Shown here piece after piece: positions 1 through 10,256 of a stretch of 64,000 nt of DNA. Below the pieces are notes generated by a model. It searched no databases. It was not told the DNA's origin and worked only from the letters and a program-made list of their open reading frames with translations. This DNA comes from Bdellovibrionales bacterium (GTDB lineage: Bacteria > Bdellovibrionota > Bdellovibrionia > Bdellovibrionales > UBA1609). A program made the translations under genes and the position numbers. Every line of letters begins with the position of its first letter. The stretch's first letter is position 1. The stretch is from the NCBI GenBank assembly GCA_965219095.1, contig OZ244719.1:653613-717612 (forward strand). The letters are read 5' to 3'.

Positions 1-1
1 G

Positions 2-256
2 AGGATTTCCTTTTATGGTGCTTACCATTATTTGTATGAACTCTATAATGTGAAGAAGGCTGCTGACCTTATGTTACAATCAGCTAGAACAGGGGGACAA
101 TCTTGGTTTTATCATTTAGCTTCCAGTCTTTACACACAATCCGGTCAAGCTCAATTAGGCCTTTCTATCTTGAAAACACAACTCAAAAATACTAGGGACA
201 AAAAAGATCGAAAAAAAATTTTAGAAAAGATAGAAAAGCTGAAGAAATCACTTTAG
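2..256 (+). CDS. 3' part of a helical/TPR-like hypothetical protein (runs in from window edge)
   Basis: The frame of ORF 32..256 is open back to position 2. Ala/Leu-rich helical pattern (AYHYLYEL..KKAADLM). Confidence 0.55.
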   Translation, partial: RISFYGAYHYLYELYNVKKAADLMLQSARTGGQSWFYHLASSLYTQSGQAQLGLSILKTQLKNTRDKKDRKKILEKIEKLKKSL

Positions 257-291
257 AAAGCTTAAAAAATTTCACAGAGTGTTTTTTTAAC

Positions 292-320
292 TTGACTCTT
301 TTGGTTCTCAATACATATTA
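292..320 (+). promoter_or_regulatory. Putative sigma70 promoter of dnaJ
   Basis: TTGACT at 292 and CATATT/TATTAA-like -10 at about 314-321. ATG follows at 326 with no SD. Confidence 0.45.
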
Positions 321-325
321 AGTCT

Positions 326-1405
326 ATGGTTTCACGAAATTATTACGAAGTTTTAGGAGTGAATCGAGGTGATGATGAAAAAACTATTAAAGCTGCTTAT
401 CGTAAAATGGCTTTGAAGTATCACCCTGATCGAAATCTAGGCGATAAACAGGCTGAAGAGAAATTCAAAGAAGCGGCCAACGCCTATAGCGTTTTAAGTG
501 ATCCTGAAAAAAAAACTCGTTATGATCAATTCGGCCATTCAGGTGTGGAAGGACCTGGGGAAGCTAGTGGATTTCACAATGTAAGTGACATTTTTGATAG
601 TTTTGGGGATATCTTTTCTAGCTTTTTTGATGGCACAGCAGGAGGAGGATTTGGAAGAGGTTTCAGACAAAGACAAAGGGGTCAGGACTTTCGTTATCAT
701 TTAGAGGTGGGCTTAGAAACTATTTTAGAAGATTCCGAACAAGTGATTCAATTTGGCTTTGAAGATGTCTGTAAGAAATGTAAGGGTACAGGAGCTTATG
801 AAGGTAGAGCTCTAAAAACCTGCTCCTATTGTGGTGGACAGGGTCAAGTTCACCAAAAACAAGGGTTCTTTTTTATGTCTACAACTTGCAAGGTGTGTCA
901 TGGCTTAGGGCAACAGATTGAAAAGAAATGTAAAAACTGTCGTGGAACAGGCCAATCAGAAGCTCATAGAAAAATTAAAGTCAAAATTCCTAAAGGAATC
1001 TCTTCTGGAACACAATTGCGTTTAGCAGGAGAAGGGGGAAGTGGGCAAAAAGGAGCCCCCTCAGGGGATCTTTATGTAGAAATTTTTGTGAAACATCATA
1101 AAAAATTTGAAAGAAGGGGAGAGCATCTTATAGCAAGATTAAAGATCTCTTACCTTCAAGCTCTTTTAGGGGCTAAAATTAAGGTAAAAAATTTACGTGG
1201 CCAAACAAAAGAACTGACCCTTCCTAAAGGGACAAAGCACAATGACACCTTGAGACTTCGAGGCGAAGGGCTTTATTCAAGAGGCTTTTCTAAAGGAGAC
1301 TTATTGTTTCATGTAGCTGTTGAGTGGCCTGAGAAGTTAAATAAAAAAGAAGAAAAATTGTTGCGTGAAATCGCTGATATAAAAAGAGAAAATGTTTCAA
1401 AATGA
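326..1405 (+). CDS. dnaJ: Chaperone DnaJ
   Basis: J domain with HPD, G/F-rich linker, four CxxCxGxG zinc-finger repeats. Confidence 0.97.
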   Translation: MVSRNYYEVLGVNRGDDEKTIKAAYRKMALKYHPDRNLGDKQAEEKFKEAANAYSVLSDPEKKTRYDQFGHSGVEGPGEASGFHNVSDIFDSFGDIFSSFFDGTAGGGFGRGFRQRQRGQDFRYHLEVGLETILEDSEQVIQFGFEDVCKKCKGTGAYEGRALKTCSYCGGQGQVHQKQGFFFMSTTCKVCHGLGQQIEKKCKNCRGTGQSEAHRKIKVKIPKGISSGTQLRLAGEGGSGQKGAPSGDLYVEIFVKHHKKFERRGEHLIARLKISYLQALLGAKIKVKNLRGQTKELTLPKGTKHNDTLRLRGEGLYSRGFSKGDLLFHVAVEWPEKLNKKEEKLLREIADIKRENVSK

Positions 1406-1474
1406 GTCTATATCTTGACATCTTTTAGAAAAGACTCATTTTGAAATAAAAGAAAATGAAAGGAGATTAAAATT

Positions 1475-3418
1475 ATGAGTGAAAGAATTATAGGGATTGA
1501 TTTAGGAACAACAAACTCATGTGTTGCTATTGTTGAGGCTCAGGGCAAGGGAGCAAAGGTTCTTTTCAATGAAGAGGGAGAAAGGACAACGCCTTCCGTT
1601 GTATCATGGACAAAAGAAGGAGAAAAAACAGTAGGTCACTTAGCCAAAAGACAAGCCATAACTAACCCTGAGAATACTATTTTTTCCTCAAAAAGATTTA
1701 TTGGGAATAAATTTGAAGAAGTAGAAGGAGAGATCAAAAGGGTTCCTTATAAAATTGTTAAAAAAGAAAATGGAGATTGTGCTGTTGAACTATCCTCTGG
1801 AAAAAAAATGTCTCCAGAAGAAATAGGGGCTTCTGTTTTAGCAAAACTTAAAAAAGTTGCAGAAGATTATCTAGGGGAACCAATCACAAAGGCTGTGATA
1901 ACAGTTCCTGCTTACTTTAACGATGCTCAAAGACAAGCCACCAAAGATGCAGGAAAAATTGCAGGCCTTCAGGTAGAACGTATTATTAATGAGCCTACAG
2001 CAGCAGCTCTTGCTTACGGATTGGATAAAAAAACAAATGAAAAAGTTGCTGTTTTTGATTTTGGTGGAGGAACTTTTGATATTTCCATACTAGATATAGG
2101 AGATAATCTTGTTGAAGTGAAATCTACAAATGGTGATAGCCACCTTGGAGGAGATAACTTTGATAATATGATTTTAGATTGGCTTGTAGAAAATTTTAAA
2201 AAAGATACAGGAATTGATCTTTTAAAAGATACTATGGCTTTACAAAGACTTAAAGACGCTGCTGAAAAAGCAAAAATTGAATTGAGTACGATTCAAGAAA
2301 CAGAGATCAATTTACCCTTCATTACAGCGATTTCTTCTGAACCCAAACATTTAACAGCTAAGCTTTCTCGGGCTAAATTTGAACAGATGACAGAGAGTTT
2401 AATTCAAAGATCTATTAAGCTTTGTAAATTGGCTCTTCAAGATGCTAAAATGTCTCCTAAAGACATCAACGAAGTCATTCTTGTGGGAGGAACAACAAGA
2501 ATTCCAAGTGTACAAACTGCCATAAAACAACTTTTCGAAAAAGAACCTAACAAATCAGTTAATCCTGATGAAGTAGTAGCCATGGGAGCTGCAATTCAAG
2601 GAGGTGTTTTAAGCGGTGATATTAAAGAGGTTTTGCTTTTAGATGTAACTCCCCTTTCTTTAGGTATTGAAACCTTAGGAGGAGTGATGACAAAGCTTAT
2701 TGATAGAAACACCACTTTACCAACTCGCAAGTCACAAGTTTTTTCAACAGCAGCAGATAATCAACAAACAGTTGATGTAGTTGTTCTGCAAGGTGAACGT
2801 GAAATGGCACAAGATAATAAACTTTTAGGAAGATTTGAATTAGGAGGCATCCCCTTAGCTCCTAGAGGAGTTCCTCAGATTGAAGTAGCCTTTGACATTG
2901 ATACAAATGGAATTATTAACGTATCAGCAAAAGATCTAAAAACAGGTAAAGCTCAAAAAATCGAAATTAAAACTAAAACAGGTCTAAGCGAAAAAGAAGT
3001 TGAAGAAATGGTCAAAGAAGCAGAACTTTATGCAGAAGAGGATAAAAGAAAAAAAGACCTTGTTTTTGCACGAAACGATTTAGACAACTTGATCTATCAA
3101 TCAGAAAAAATGCTCACAGAACAAGGTAAAGATGCTGACAGTAACCTTAAAAAAGATATGACAGAGGTCATTAAGAAAGCTAAAGGTGTCATCGGAGACT
3201 CTAGTGACATTAGTGCTCTTCGTGCACAATATGATGATTTATCAAAAGTTAGTCAGTCTTTCTCTCAAGCTCTCTACGATAAAAAAACCACAACAGAGGA
3301 AAAAGATGGAAATTCAACAAGCGGAAATTCAACTGAGGCTGAGAGTCAGGATCATTCTAACGAAAAGATTATTGATGCCGAATACAAAGATGTTAATGAT
3401 AACACATCATCAAAGTAA
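1475..3418 (+). CDS. dnaK: Chaperone DnaK (Hsp70)
   Basis: [27 protein letters not shown] and DFGGGTFD motifs. AAGGAG RBS. Confidence 0.99.
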   Translation: MSERIIGIDLGTTNSCVAIVEAQGKGAKVLFNEEGERTTPSVVSWTKEGEKTVGHLAKRQAITNPENTIFSSKRFIGNKFEEVEGEIKRVPYKIVKKENGDCAVELSSGKKMSPEEIGASVLAKLKKVAEDYLGEPITKAVITVPAYFNDAQRQATKDAGKIAGLQVERIINEPTAAALAYGLDKKTNEKVAVFDFGGGTFDISILDIGDNLVEVKSTNGDSHLGGDNFDNMILDWLVENFKKDTGIDLLKDTMALQRLKDAAEKAKIELSTIQETEINLPFITAISSEPKHLTAKLSRAKFEQMTESLIQRSIKLCKLALQDAKMSPKDINEVILVGGTTRIPSVQTAIKQLFEKEPNKSVNPDEVVAMGAAIQGGVLSGDIKEVLLLDVTPLSLGIETLGGVMTKLIDRNTTLPTRKSQVFSTAADNQQTVDVVVLQGEREMAQDNKLLGRFELGGIPLAPRGVPQIEVAFDIDTNGIINVSAKDLKTGKAQKIEIKTKTGLSEKEVEEMVKEAELYAEEDKRKKDLVFARNDLDNLIYQSEKMLTEQGKDADSNLKKDMTEVIKKAKGVIGDSSDISALRAQYDDLSKVSQSFSQALYDKKTTTEEKDGNSTSGNSTEAESQDHSNEKIIDAEYKDVNDNTSSK

Positions 3419-3419
3419 A

Positions 3420-3487
3420 TTAAAAAAGCTCATCTTACTAAAAAAGCACCTTTTAAGGTGCTTTTTTAGTAAGATGAGCTTTTTTAA
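3420..3487. terminator. Bidirectional terminator-like perfect inverted repeat (33-bp arms)
   Basis: TTAAAAAAGCTCATCTTACTAAAAAAGCACCTT-TT-exact reverse complement, between convergent dnaK and tig. Confidence 0.8.
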
Positions 3488-3622
3488 AGCAAGGTTTTTG
3501 TAATAAAAAATGCCTTATTTTGAGTAATACGTCTCGTCTGCACCTTGCCTCACTAACAGGTGTATTTGGTTTAATTGGTTTAAAAGGTAAAATTTTCTAA
3601 AATGATAAGGAAAAAAACAGCC

Positions 3623-5041
3623 TTAAAGGTTAATCTCCTTAGAACTTCTTTTATAAAGATTTATTATCTTTCTGTAAGTATTTTTGATAGGAGAAACACT
3701 TATACGAAAGAGTCGTTTGATAAATTGAAGACAATTGAAATATCGTGATTTAAATGATGAAATTTTTTGTAAAGAATCGAGGTCAATGTGATTTTCCCTC
3801 AAAACAATATCTACAATTGCATCCTTGAACATCTTTTCTCTTATGTCATCCTTGATTTGTATAATTTTACTCTCTTCGAAGGATTCATCAGGAAATATCC
3901 TTAAAAACTCTTCTTCAACATCGATAAATATATTTTCTTGTCTTGCCAAATCAGCTAACAATTTCTGAGAGTGAAGAACTTCTTTAGCTTCTTGTTCGAA
4001 ATGATCCTCGCGTTGCTCTATATATTCCTCAATATATGCTTTATTTGCTCCTCTTTTTTTCAGAAAATGAGTAACGTCATCATATATCATTTGAATTTTG
4101 GTTTTTAAAAAATTAGGGGGGAAGCTTTCAATTTTATTTTTGTCCCTTAAAGCCTTTAAAATATTTTCCATGAGATTCTCTTTTGCTTGCTTTTCTTTTT
4201 CTTGAAGAATAGCTTCTTTAATATCTTGTTTTAATTCTTCTGGAGTGTTCAAAGAAGAATTAATTTTTTGAATAAATTCCTTATTTACCTCTGGTAAAAC
4301 TTTTTTAAAAATCCTCCTTACTTTAACTGTAAAAATAGCTGTTCGGCCAGCAAGAAATAATTCTTGGTAGTGTTTAGGAAATCTCACAAGAAACGTTTTT
4401 TCTTCTCCCATCTTCATCCCTGTAATCCCTTCTTCAAAGTCTTTTAACAACTTTATTATTGGACTTCCGATTTCTAGACGGATGTTTTGAACTTTGCTTC
4501 CTTTAAAGGGTTTCCCATCAACAGTTGCTGAATAATCAATTGAAAGAGCATCTTTATCTTGGGAGGGGCGATCCTCTAAAATAAGAATATAAGAGGCTTC
4601 TTGTTCACGAAGTTCTTCAAGGCGCTTTTCGCATTCTTCTTCACTGACTTTGAAATCTCCAATATTTATATCAAGAGATTTTATTTGAACCTTGTTTTGA
4701 GGCCAGACCTCAATTTTTGCTTGAAATTCAAAATCTTTTCCCATTTCAATTTCACTAAAATCAATTTTTGGAAGACCAATAGGAATTACATTGTGGCTCA
4801 TTACAGCTTCTTCAAAAGAACGGTTAATGATTTCTTGCAACACATCGTTATAAACATGGTGCTTATAATTTTTACAGATCAGATGAAAAGGGGCTTTCCC
4901 TTTACGAAAACCATGTATTTTTGCCTTTTTCTGTATAGAATGATATTTTTTTTCAAAAACCGAGTCCACCTTTTTTTGAGAAACAAAAACGTTAAATTGT
5001 TTTCTTGATTTATCTAAATTTTTTATTGTACTGTTTATCAT
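3623..5041 (-). CDS. tig: Trigger factor
   Basis: GFRKGKAP ribosome-binding motif, FKBP-like middle (FEEGITGMKMGEEKTF), AGGAGG RBS. The C-terminus is divergent. Confidence 0.9.
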   Translation of the reverse strand: MINSTIKNLDKSRKQFNVFVSQKKVDSVFEKKYHSIQKKAKIHGFRKGKAPFHLICKNYKHHVYNDVLQEIINRSFEEAVMSHNVIPIGLPKIDFSEIEMGKDFEFQAKIEVWPQNKVQIKSLDINIGDFKVSEEECEKRLEELREQEASYILILEDRPSQDKDALSIDYSATVDGKPFKGSKVQNIRLEIGSPIIKLLKDFEEGITGMKMGEEKTFLVRFPKHYQELFLAGRTAIFTVKVRRIFKKVLPEVNKEFIQKINSSLNTPEELKQDIKEAILQEKEKQAKENLMENILKALRDKNKIESFPPNFLKTKIQMIYDDVTHFLKKRGANKAYIEEYIEQREDHFEQEAKEVLHSQKLLADLARQENIFIDVEEEFLRIFPDESFEESKIIQIKDDIREKMFKDAIVDIVLRENHIDLDSLQKISSFKSRYFNCLQFIKRLFRISVSPIKNTYRKIINLYKRSSKEINL

Positions 5042-5226
5042 AAAAGACCTCCTTCTTGTACCACTTAAAGAAATTTTGATAGCACTGCCTTAATCTTGCC
5101 TTGCAAAAAACCTTGGACTAAAAGCAACTACTTTAAAGATTAGATTCAAATAGCCTTAAAAACAAGAATGACGCAAGGCAATTTTTTTTATCTTTTAGCA
5201 CTTAAAATGGTTAAACTTAAAGAACT

Positions 5227-6039
5227 ATAAAGAATCAAAGAATTAAAGTTTTTTTTGTAACAGGTAAAGGAGGGGTGGGAAAGACTTTTATCTCCTTAGC
5301 CCTTACAAAGGCTTTTATAAAATGCGGTTTAAAAACTAAATGTGTTGCTTTCAATGCTCCGGATGATTCTTTAGAGGGTTTTTCTGTGGAACATTATTCT
5401 GTGACAGAGTGTCTTACAGAGTACTTAAGCCACTTTATTCCAGCAAAAAAAATCATTCATAAAGCCTTGTCTAATAAACTTTCTTCAGTTGTATTAAATG
5501 TAACTCCAGGCCTCACAGACATGGCACGTTTAGGTAAAATTACAAGTGGTCCAAGAGGTTTTGGAGTTCCCATTAAAGAAGATATTATTGTTGTTGATTC
5601 TTATTCAACAGGGTATTTTCAAACCCTTTTGAAAGCACCACAGTCATTTTATGATATTGTGCCTTTAGGTTATATAAAAAAAATATGTCAAGAAATCAAA
5701 GAAGTCCTCAAAGAATCTCATTTTATAGTGACATCTTTACCTGAAGCTTGGTCTTTGATGGAAACTGAAGATACGTTTAACTTTCTTAACAGATGGGGGG
5801 CAAAACATGTGTATCACTTCACAAATCGTATTTTCAAAGAGGATTTAACTGATGAACTGCAACAATGGCTTAAGAAACCTAAGCTTATGTCTTTTTATGA
5901 GAAAAAATACTTAGATCAAACAAAAATTCTTAAAAATATCAAAAGAGATGTAGATTTATCTCAGATCGATAAAACATCTCATTTAGAGGTGATAGAGAGT
6001 TTGTCTAAGGAGTTGGAGGTCTTTTGCAAAACCTTTTAA
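5227..6039 (+). CDS. ArsA/Get3-like ATPase (first of pair); start codon uncertain
   Basis: VTGKGGVGKT deviant Walker A begins upstream of the GTG at 5275. The frame is open only back to TAA at 5218, so the start may be ATA 5227 or ATT 5242. Confidence 0.75.
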   Translation: MKNQRIKVFFVTGKGGVGKTFISLALTKAFIKCGLKTKCVAFNAPDDSLEGFSVEHYSVTECLTEYLSHFIPAKKIIHKALSNKLSSVVLNVTPGLTDMARLGKITSGPRGFGVPIKEDIIVVDSYSTGYFQTLLKAPQSFYDIVPLGYIKKICQEIKEVLKESHFIVTSLPEAWSLMETEDTFNFLNRWGAKHVYHFTNRIFKEDLTDELQQWLKKPKLMSFYEKKYLDQTKILKNIKRDVDLSQIDKTSHLEVIESLSKELEVFCKTF

Positions 6040-7058
6040 AGAGAAAGAAAATTATCATTTGTGCAGGTTCTGGAGGTGTAGGAAAAACCACTATAGCGGC
6101 TTCTATAGCTTGCTTTTCGGCCTCGAAAGGCTATAGAACCTTTGTTTTGACTATAGACCCTTCTTACCGGTTAAAAACAGCCCTAGGTTTTGATGAAAAT
6201 TCTCATAAAAAACAAATTCATCATATAAAAACAAAAGCCCCTCTTTTTGTGTCGGTTTTACAACCTCAAGCTGTTTTCGATCATTTTATAAAACGTCATT
6301 GCAAAACAGAAGAGTCATTTAGGAAACTTAAAAATAACATTATCTATAAAGAACTTAGCACTCGTTTAGGTTTTTATCAGGAATTTACTGCACTTTTAGA
6401 AGTTTATGAAGCCTTTCATTCTGAAGAGTTTGATAAAATCATTTTAGACACCCCTCCTGGGCCACAGTTTATGAATTTTTTAAAAGGCAGTGAAATTATG
6501 AGTCCTTTGTTTGAAAAAAGACTTATCAAATGGCTTACTCAAGCCTCTTATCAGCAAAGTTTTTTTTCAAAACTTTTTTTCCAAGGGCCAATTCTTTTTA
6601 TGAATCTTGTAAAAAGATTTGCAGGCCATCCTTTTGTAGAAAGCTTGTATGAATTTATGACAGAGTTGAGTGAGATTAAAGAGCCTATTTTATCCTGCCT
6701 GTCTCATATAGAGACACTTCTTTTATCTTCTCATACAGCCTACGTAGGTGTTGTGGGAGAAGAAGGCCGGCTCTTTGATATCAAAAGAGCTTACGATGTT
6801 TTGATTTTGAACCGCCTAGCTCCTTTTGAGCTCGATCTTTCGTTAGATCGGGTGTGTGAACAGATTGAGGCCTTAAAGCCTCCTCTTTCTCAAAAGCTTA
6901 AAAGCTTTTTTCTTCAAAAAGCAAGATGTCTTTACCAAAAAAGAGATAAGTATGCTAAGATTTTCAAAGGAAAGGTATATTGGGTCTTTGATGAAGAGCA
7001 GGAAAAAAGACCAGAAGATTTTTTAAAAAAAATAATGCTTCAATGGGAGGAGCTATGA
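6024..7058 (+). CDS. ArsA/Get3-like ATPase (second of pair)
   Basis: GSGGVGKTT, LTIDPS and ILDTPP motifs. Confidence 0.85.
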   Translation: MQNLLKRKKIIICAGSGGVGKTTIAASIACFSASKGYRTFVLTIDPSYRLKTALGFDENSHKKQIHHIKTKAPLFVSVLQPQAVFDHFIKRHCKTEESFRKLKNNIIYKELSTRLGFYQEFTALLEVYEAFHSEEFDKIILDTPPGPQFMNFLKGSEIMSPLFEKRLIKWLTQASYQQSFFSKLFFQGPILFMNLVKRFAGHPFVESLYEFMTELSEIKEPILSCLSHIETLLLSSHTAYVGVVGEEGRLFDIKRAYDVLILNRLAPFELDLSLDRVCEQIEALKPPLSQKLKSFFLQKARCLYQKRDKYAKIFKGKVYWVFDEEQEKRPEDFLKKIMLQWEEL

Positions 7059-8014
7059 AGTTTATATTTATTATGATTTTCTCTGTTTTTTTCCTATCTT
7101 GTTCTCATCAACCGAAAGTTTCAAAAGAAACCGTTCAAGAAGCCCATAAGTCCTTTCAGATCCAATTGGATCAAGCACTAAACTTGATGAATGTAGATCA
7201 AGATAACGCTGCTTTACGCATTTTAAAAAATTTATTTAAAAAAACAAAGATCTCTCAATTAAAATCCGTAGTTTTATACAACATAGGTCTTCTTTTGGAA
7301 AAGAAAAAAAAATGTTCTAGTGCAAAGATAGTTTATAACAAAGCTATTTCTATGAATGAGCTTCAAGATAGTGTTATAGAAGCACAAGCTCTATGGAGGT
7401 TAAGTTTTGTAAAAGAGTGCTTAAAAGATTACCACGGTATGTTAGCTGTTTTAAAGGATGTGCAGTCACGAACTCACCTTCTTCCTCCTGAAACAGCTTT
7501 TGTTGAATTAAATTCAAAGATGGCTTTAGCTTATAAAAAACTTGAAAAACCCAAACTCTACGAAGATTACTGGCTTAAAGCTAGGAAAGGACTTAGAGTT
7601 TTAAATGAAAGAATATCTAGTATAAATCATAAAAAGGCATCTTTTTCCAGACTGTTTTATAACTTAGGTAATTTTGGTTCTGGAGTATTAGATGATAAAG
7701 CAAGCCTTTCATATCTAAAAAGACAAAGAGATTTACAAAAATACTTTCTTCGTTCTGTAGAGCTAACTCAGAAGCCTTGGTCTTACAGATCTGCCAAAAA
7801 AATTATAGAGGATTATAAGAACTTTGTTCATCTCATGAAGAAAACAAACTCTAAGATCATAGCCAAAGAAATTTTAAAAAATATAAAATCCTTGAAATCT
7901 CAAAGATTTCCTGACCCCAAGGAAAGCCCTCTTGTAAAAAAACTGTTCAAAATAATAGATGTTCAATACAAAAAAGTGAAAAACTATATTCATGATTCTG
8001 AAAAGAATTCATAA
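7055..8014 (+). CDS. TPR-like lipoprotein
   Basis: GGAGG RBS before ATG 7055, lipobox FLSC, helical repeat pattern (VLYNIGLLLE). Confidence 0.7.
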   Translation: MKFIFIMIFSVFFLSCSHQPKVSKETVQEAHKSFQIQLDQALNLMNVDQDNAALRILKNLFKKTKISQLKSVVLYNIGLLLEKKKKCSSAKIVYNKAISMNELQDSVIEAQALWRLSFVKECLKDYHGMLAVLKDVQSRTHLLPPETAFVELNSKMALAYKKLEKPKLYEDYWLKARKGLRVLNERISSINHKKASFSRLFYNLGNFGSGVLDDKASLSYLKRQRDLQKYFLRSVELTQKPWSYRSAKKIIEDYKNFVHLMKKTNSKIIAKEILKNIKSLKSQRFPDPKESPLVKKLFKIIDVQYKKVKNYIHDSEKNS

Positions 8015-9188
8015 TCGCTTAATAGAAAAAAGAGATAGGATTGAATCTTGGTTTTTTGATAAAACACAAGACTTTCAGTTTCCTATTTATTCAAGTTTTG
8101 ATATGAGAAATTCATCTTTTAAAATTGCACCTGTGGATGCTAATTTGTTTCCAGCGGGGTTTAACAATATTTGTGAAAAAGATAAGGAGTTTTCTCAGAA
8201 AGCAATCCAAGAGTATTTAAAAGAAAGATACCCCGAAGTAGATAGAATCACCTTGATTTCAGAAAACCATACAAAAAACATTTATTATTGGGATAATGTT
8301 CAAACACTTGAAGCTATTTTCTCTTCGGCAATTAAAAAAGTATCTTTAGCCTTTTTAAAACGAGGTTCTATGCCGGAAGTTTTAGAAGTGGAAAACTCTA
8401 GAGGAGAAGTGTTTAAAGTGGAATCTTTTTCAAGAGATAGGTTAGGAAAAAATCATCATCTTATAATAAGCAACAATGATTTTTCAACACCTTATCCTGA
8501 TTTAAAAAACATTAACATGGAGCCGTCCTACCAGATGGGCTGGCATAGAAGAAAAAAAAATGTGTTTTTTTCTTTTTATAATAAATTTATAAGAGAATTT
8601 TCAAGTCTTTTAGATCTTCCAAAAGATCTCTTAACCATATCTTGCGAGGTATTTGAGCCCTTTAATGTCAGTGATCGGAATCATTTAAAAGAACTTGCCT
8701 CAAAAGTGGATGAATTCATTAATGCAAGAAAGAAAGAATACAAAGATTTGAACTTCAAGGATTCGCCCTTTGTTTTTATAAAAAATATATCTGGAACTTA
8801 TGGTTTAGGTGTGACTCCTGTGAGTTCTGGACATGAAGTTCTAACATGGAACAATCGTGTAAGGACAAAACTCAAAGCAAGTAAAGAAAAGGCAAAAGTC
8901 ACTGGAATTTTGATTCAAGAAGCCATCCCTAGTATAGACTCCATAGGAGGCTCTACAGCAGAGCCGGTTATCTATAGTGTAGGCTCAGAACCTGTAGGAG
9001 GATTCTTAAGGGCTCATTCTCTTAAAAGCGATAAAGAAAATCTCAACAGTCCTGGAGCTGTTTACAAGCGTTTATGCTTGAGTGATTTAAAGATCAACCC
9101 TGAAGGAGCGATTGTTGAGAACGTTTATGGATGGTTGGCTAAAGTAGGTCTTATGAGTTTATCAGAAGAAATAAAGTGCCTTTCTTAA
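7992..9188 (+). CDS. gshA: Glutamate--cysteine ligase, divergent ATP-grasp (PF08886-like) type
   Basis: APVDANLFPAGFNN, GTYGLGV, AEPVIY and ENLNSPG motifs. Confidence 0.85.
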   Translation: MILKRIHNRLIEKRDRIESWFFDKTQDFQFPIYSSFDMRNSSFKIAPVDANLFPAGFNNICEKDKEFSQKAIQEYLKERYPEVDRITLISENHTKNIYYWDNVQTLEAIFSSAIKKVSLAFLKRGSMPEVLEVENSRGEVFKVESFSRDRLGKNHHLIISNNDFSTPYPDLKNINMEPSYQMGWHRRKKNVFFSFYNKFIREFSSLLDLPKDLLTISCEVFEPFNVSDRNHLKELASKVDEFINARKKEYKDLNFKDSPFVFIKNISGTYGLGVTPVSSGHEVLTWNNRVRTKLKASKEKAKVTGILIQEAIPSIDSIGGSTAEPVIYSVGSEPVGGFLRAHSLKSDKENLNSPGAVYKRLCLSDLKINPEGAIVENVYGWLAKVGLMSLSEEIKCLS

Positions 9189-9395
9189 ATTTAGAAGAAC
9201 TTCAAAGAGGTTTTTCTCAGCTTGTCATTACCTCTCGGTTATACTAGCAAGTTGATTCTGGGCTTCACTAAAAATTTAATTGTGAGATTGTGTGTGTTGG
9301 TTTTTTTCTCAAGATGGGTTTAGATATAAAATTTGTAGCCATTAAGGTTTAGCTCTATCTTGCATTTTTCTTTAAGAGGTGATACTGTTATTTTC

Positions 9396-10256
9396 ATGAT
9401 AAAGGTTTCAACGGAAAGTTATTTTACAAGCTTTGATAAAACTAAGTTGTTCTATGAAATTTTCGATAAAGTTAAAAACCCTAAGGGGGTTTTTTTAACA
9501 CTCCATGGTTTAGGAGGTTATTCTGGTGTTTTTAGGGAGTTCTCTGAGAGCCTCAATGAAAATGGTTTTCAGACTATTCTTTTGAACTTAAGAGGACATG
9601 GGCTTTCTGATGGCCAAAGGGGCTTTGTAGGACAGTTCTCCCACTTCGAAAAAGATCTCTACCTTTTTATAAGGCACGTAAGAGAATCCTTGAAAATCAA
9701 AAAACCTTTGTTTCTTTTAGGACAGTCTATAGGAGGGCTTATTTGTTTTGATACTGTTATTGGCTACGGAGTACAAAATTTATCCGGCATGGTACTTACC
9801 TGTCCTGCTATAGGTGATTTTAAAAAAGAAATTCCTAAATTTAAAGAACGTATTGCTGAATGGACAGCCAAGTACTTTCCTCGCATTACAATGTTCAACG
9901 AAATTCGCTACGAAGACTTGACTCGTAATAAAAAAGCTATTGAGGCCTTTAAAAAAGACGTGTTCTTTCATAGAAGAATTAGTTCTCGTTTGTTTTTACA
10001 GATGCGGGATAAGATGCATCAATCTTATGAACTAGCCTCAGAGATTAAAATTCCTGTTCTGTTTGTGTCTTCCCAACAAGACCCTATTTTCAAGCACAGA
10101 GAGCATAAGAAAATTTTTGAAAAACTAGGGTCTTCTCAAAAAGATAAAAAATTTCTTGTTTATAAAAACTTAAAGCATGATTTATTTTTTGAAAAAGAAG
10201 GTGGTGGTCTTTATAATGAAGTTATCAAATGGGCACAAGAAAGGTTGAAAATATGA
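9396..10256 (+). CDS. Alpha/beta hydrolase, lysophospholipase-like
   Basis: HGLG, LRGHGLSDGQRG, GQSIGG nucleophile elbow, late His (KHDLF). ATG 9396 preferred over TTG 9360. Confidence 0.88.
   Translation: MIKVSTESYFTSFDKTKLFYEIFDKVKNPKGVFLTLHGLGGYSGVFREFSESLNENGFQTILLNLRGHGLSDGQRGFVGQFSHFEKDLYLFIRHVRESLKIKKPLFLLGQSIGGLICFDTVIGYGVQNLSGMVLTCPAIGDFKKEIPKFKERIAEWTAKYFPRITMFNEIRYEDLTRNKKAIEAFKKDVFFHRRISSRLFLQMRDKMHQSYELASEIKIPVLFVSSQQDPIFKHREHKKIFEKLGSSQKDKKFLVYKNLKHDLFFEKEGGGLYNEVIKWAQERLKI

Noticed and set aside
3186..3503. Short ORFs overlapping or antisense to real genes (e.g. 3186-3503, 4601-5008, 14812-15099, 37209-37736, 38502-38993, 59048-59374, 62972-63232)
   Set aside because: Shadow frames of well-supported genes, with no motifs or RBS.
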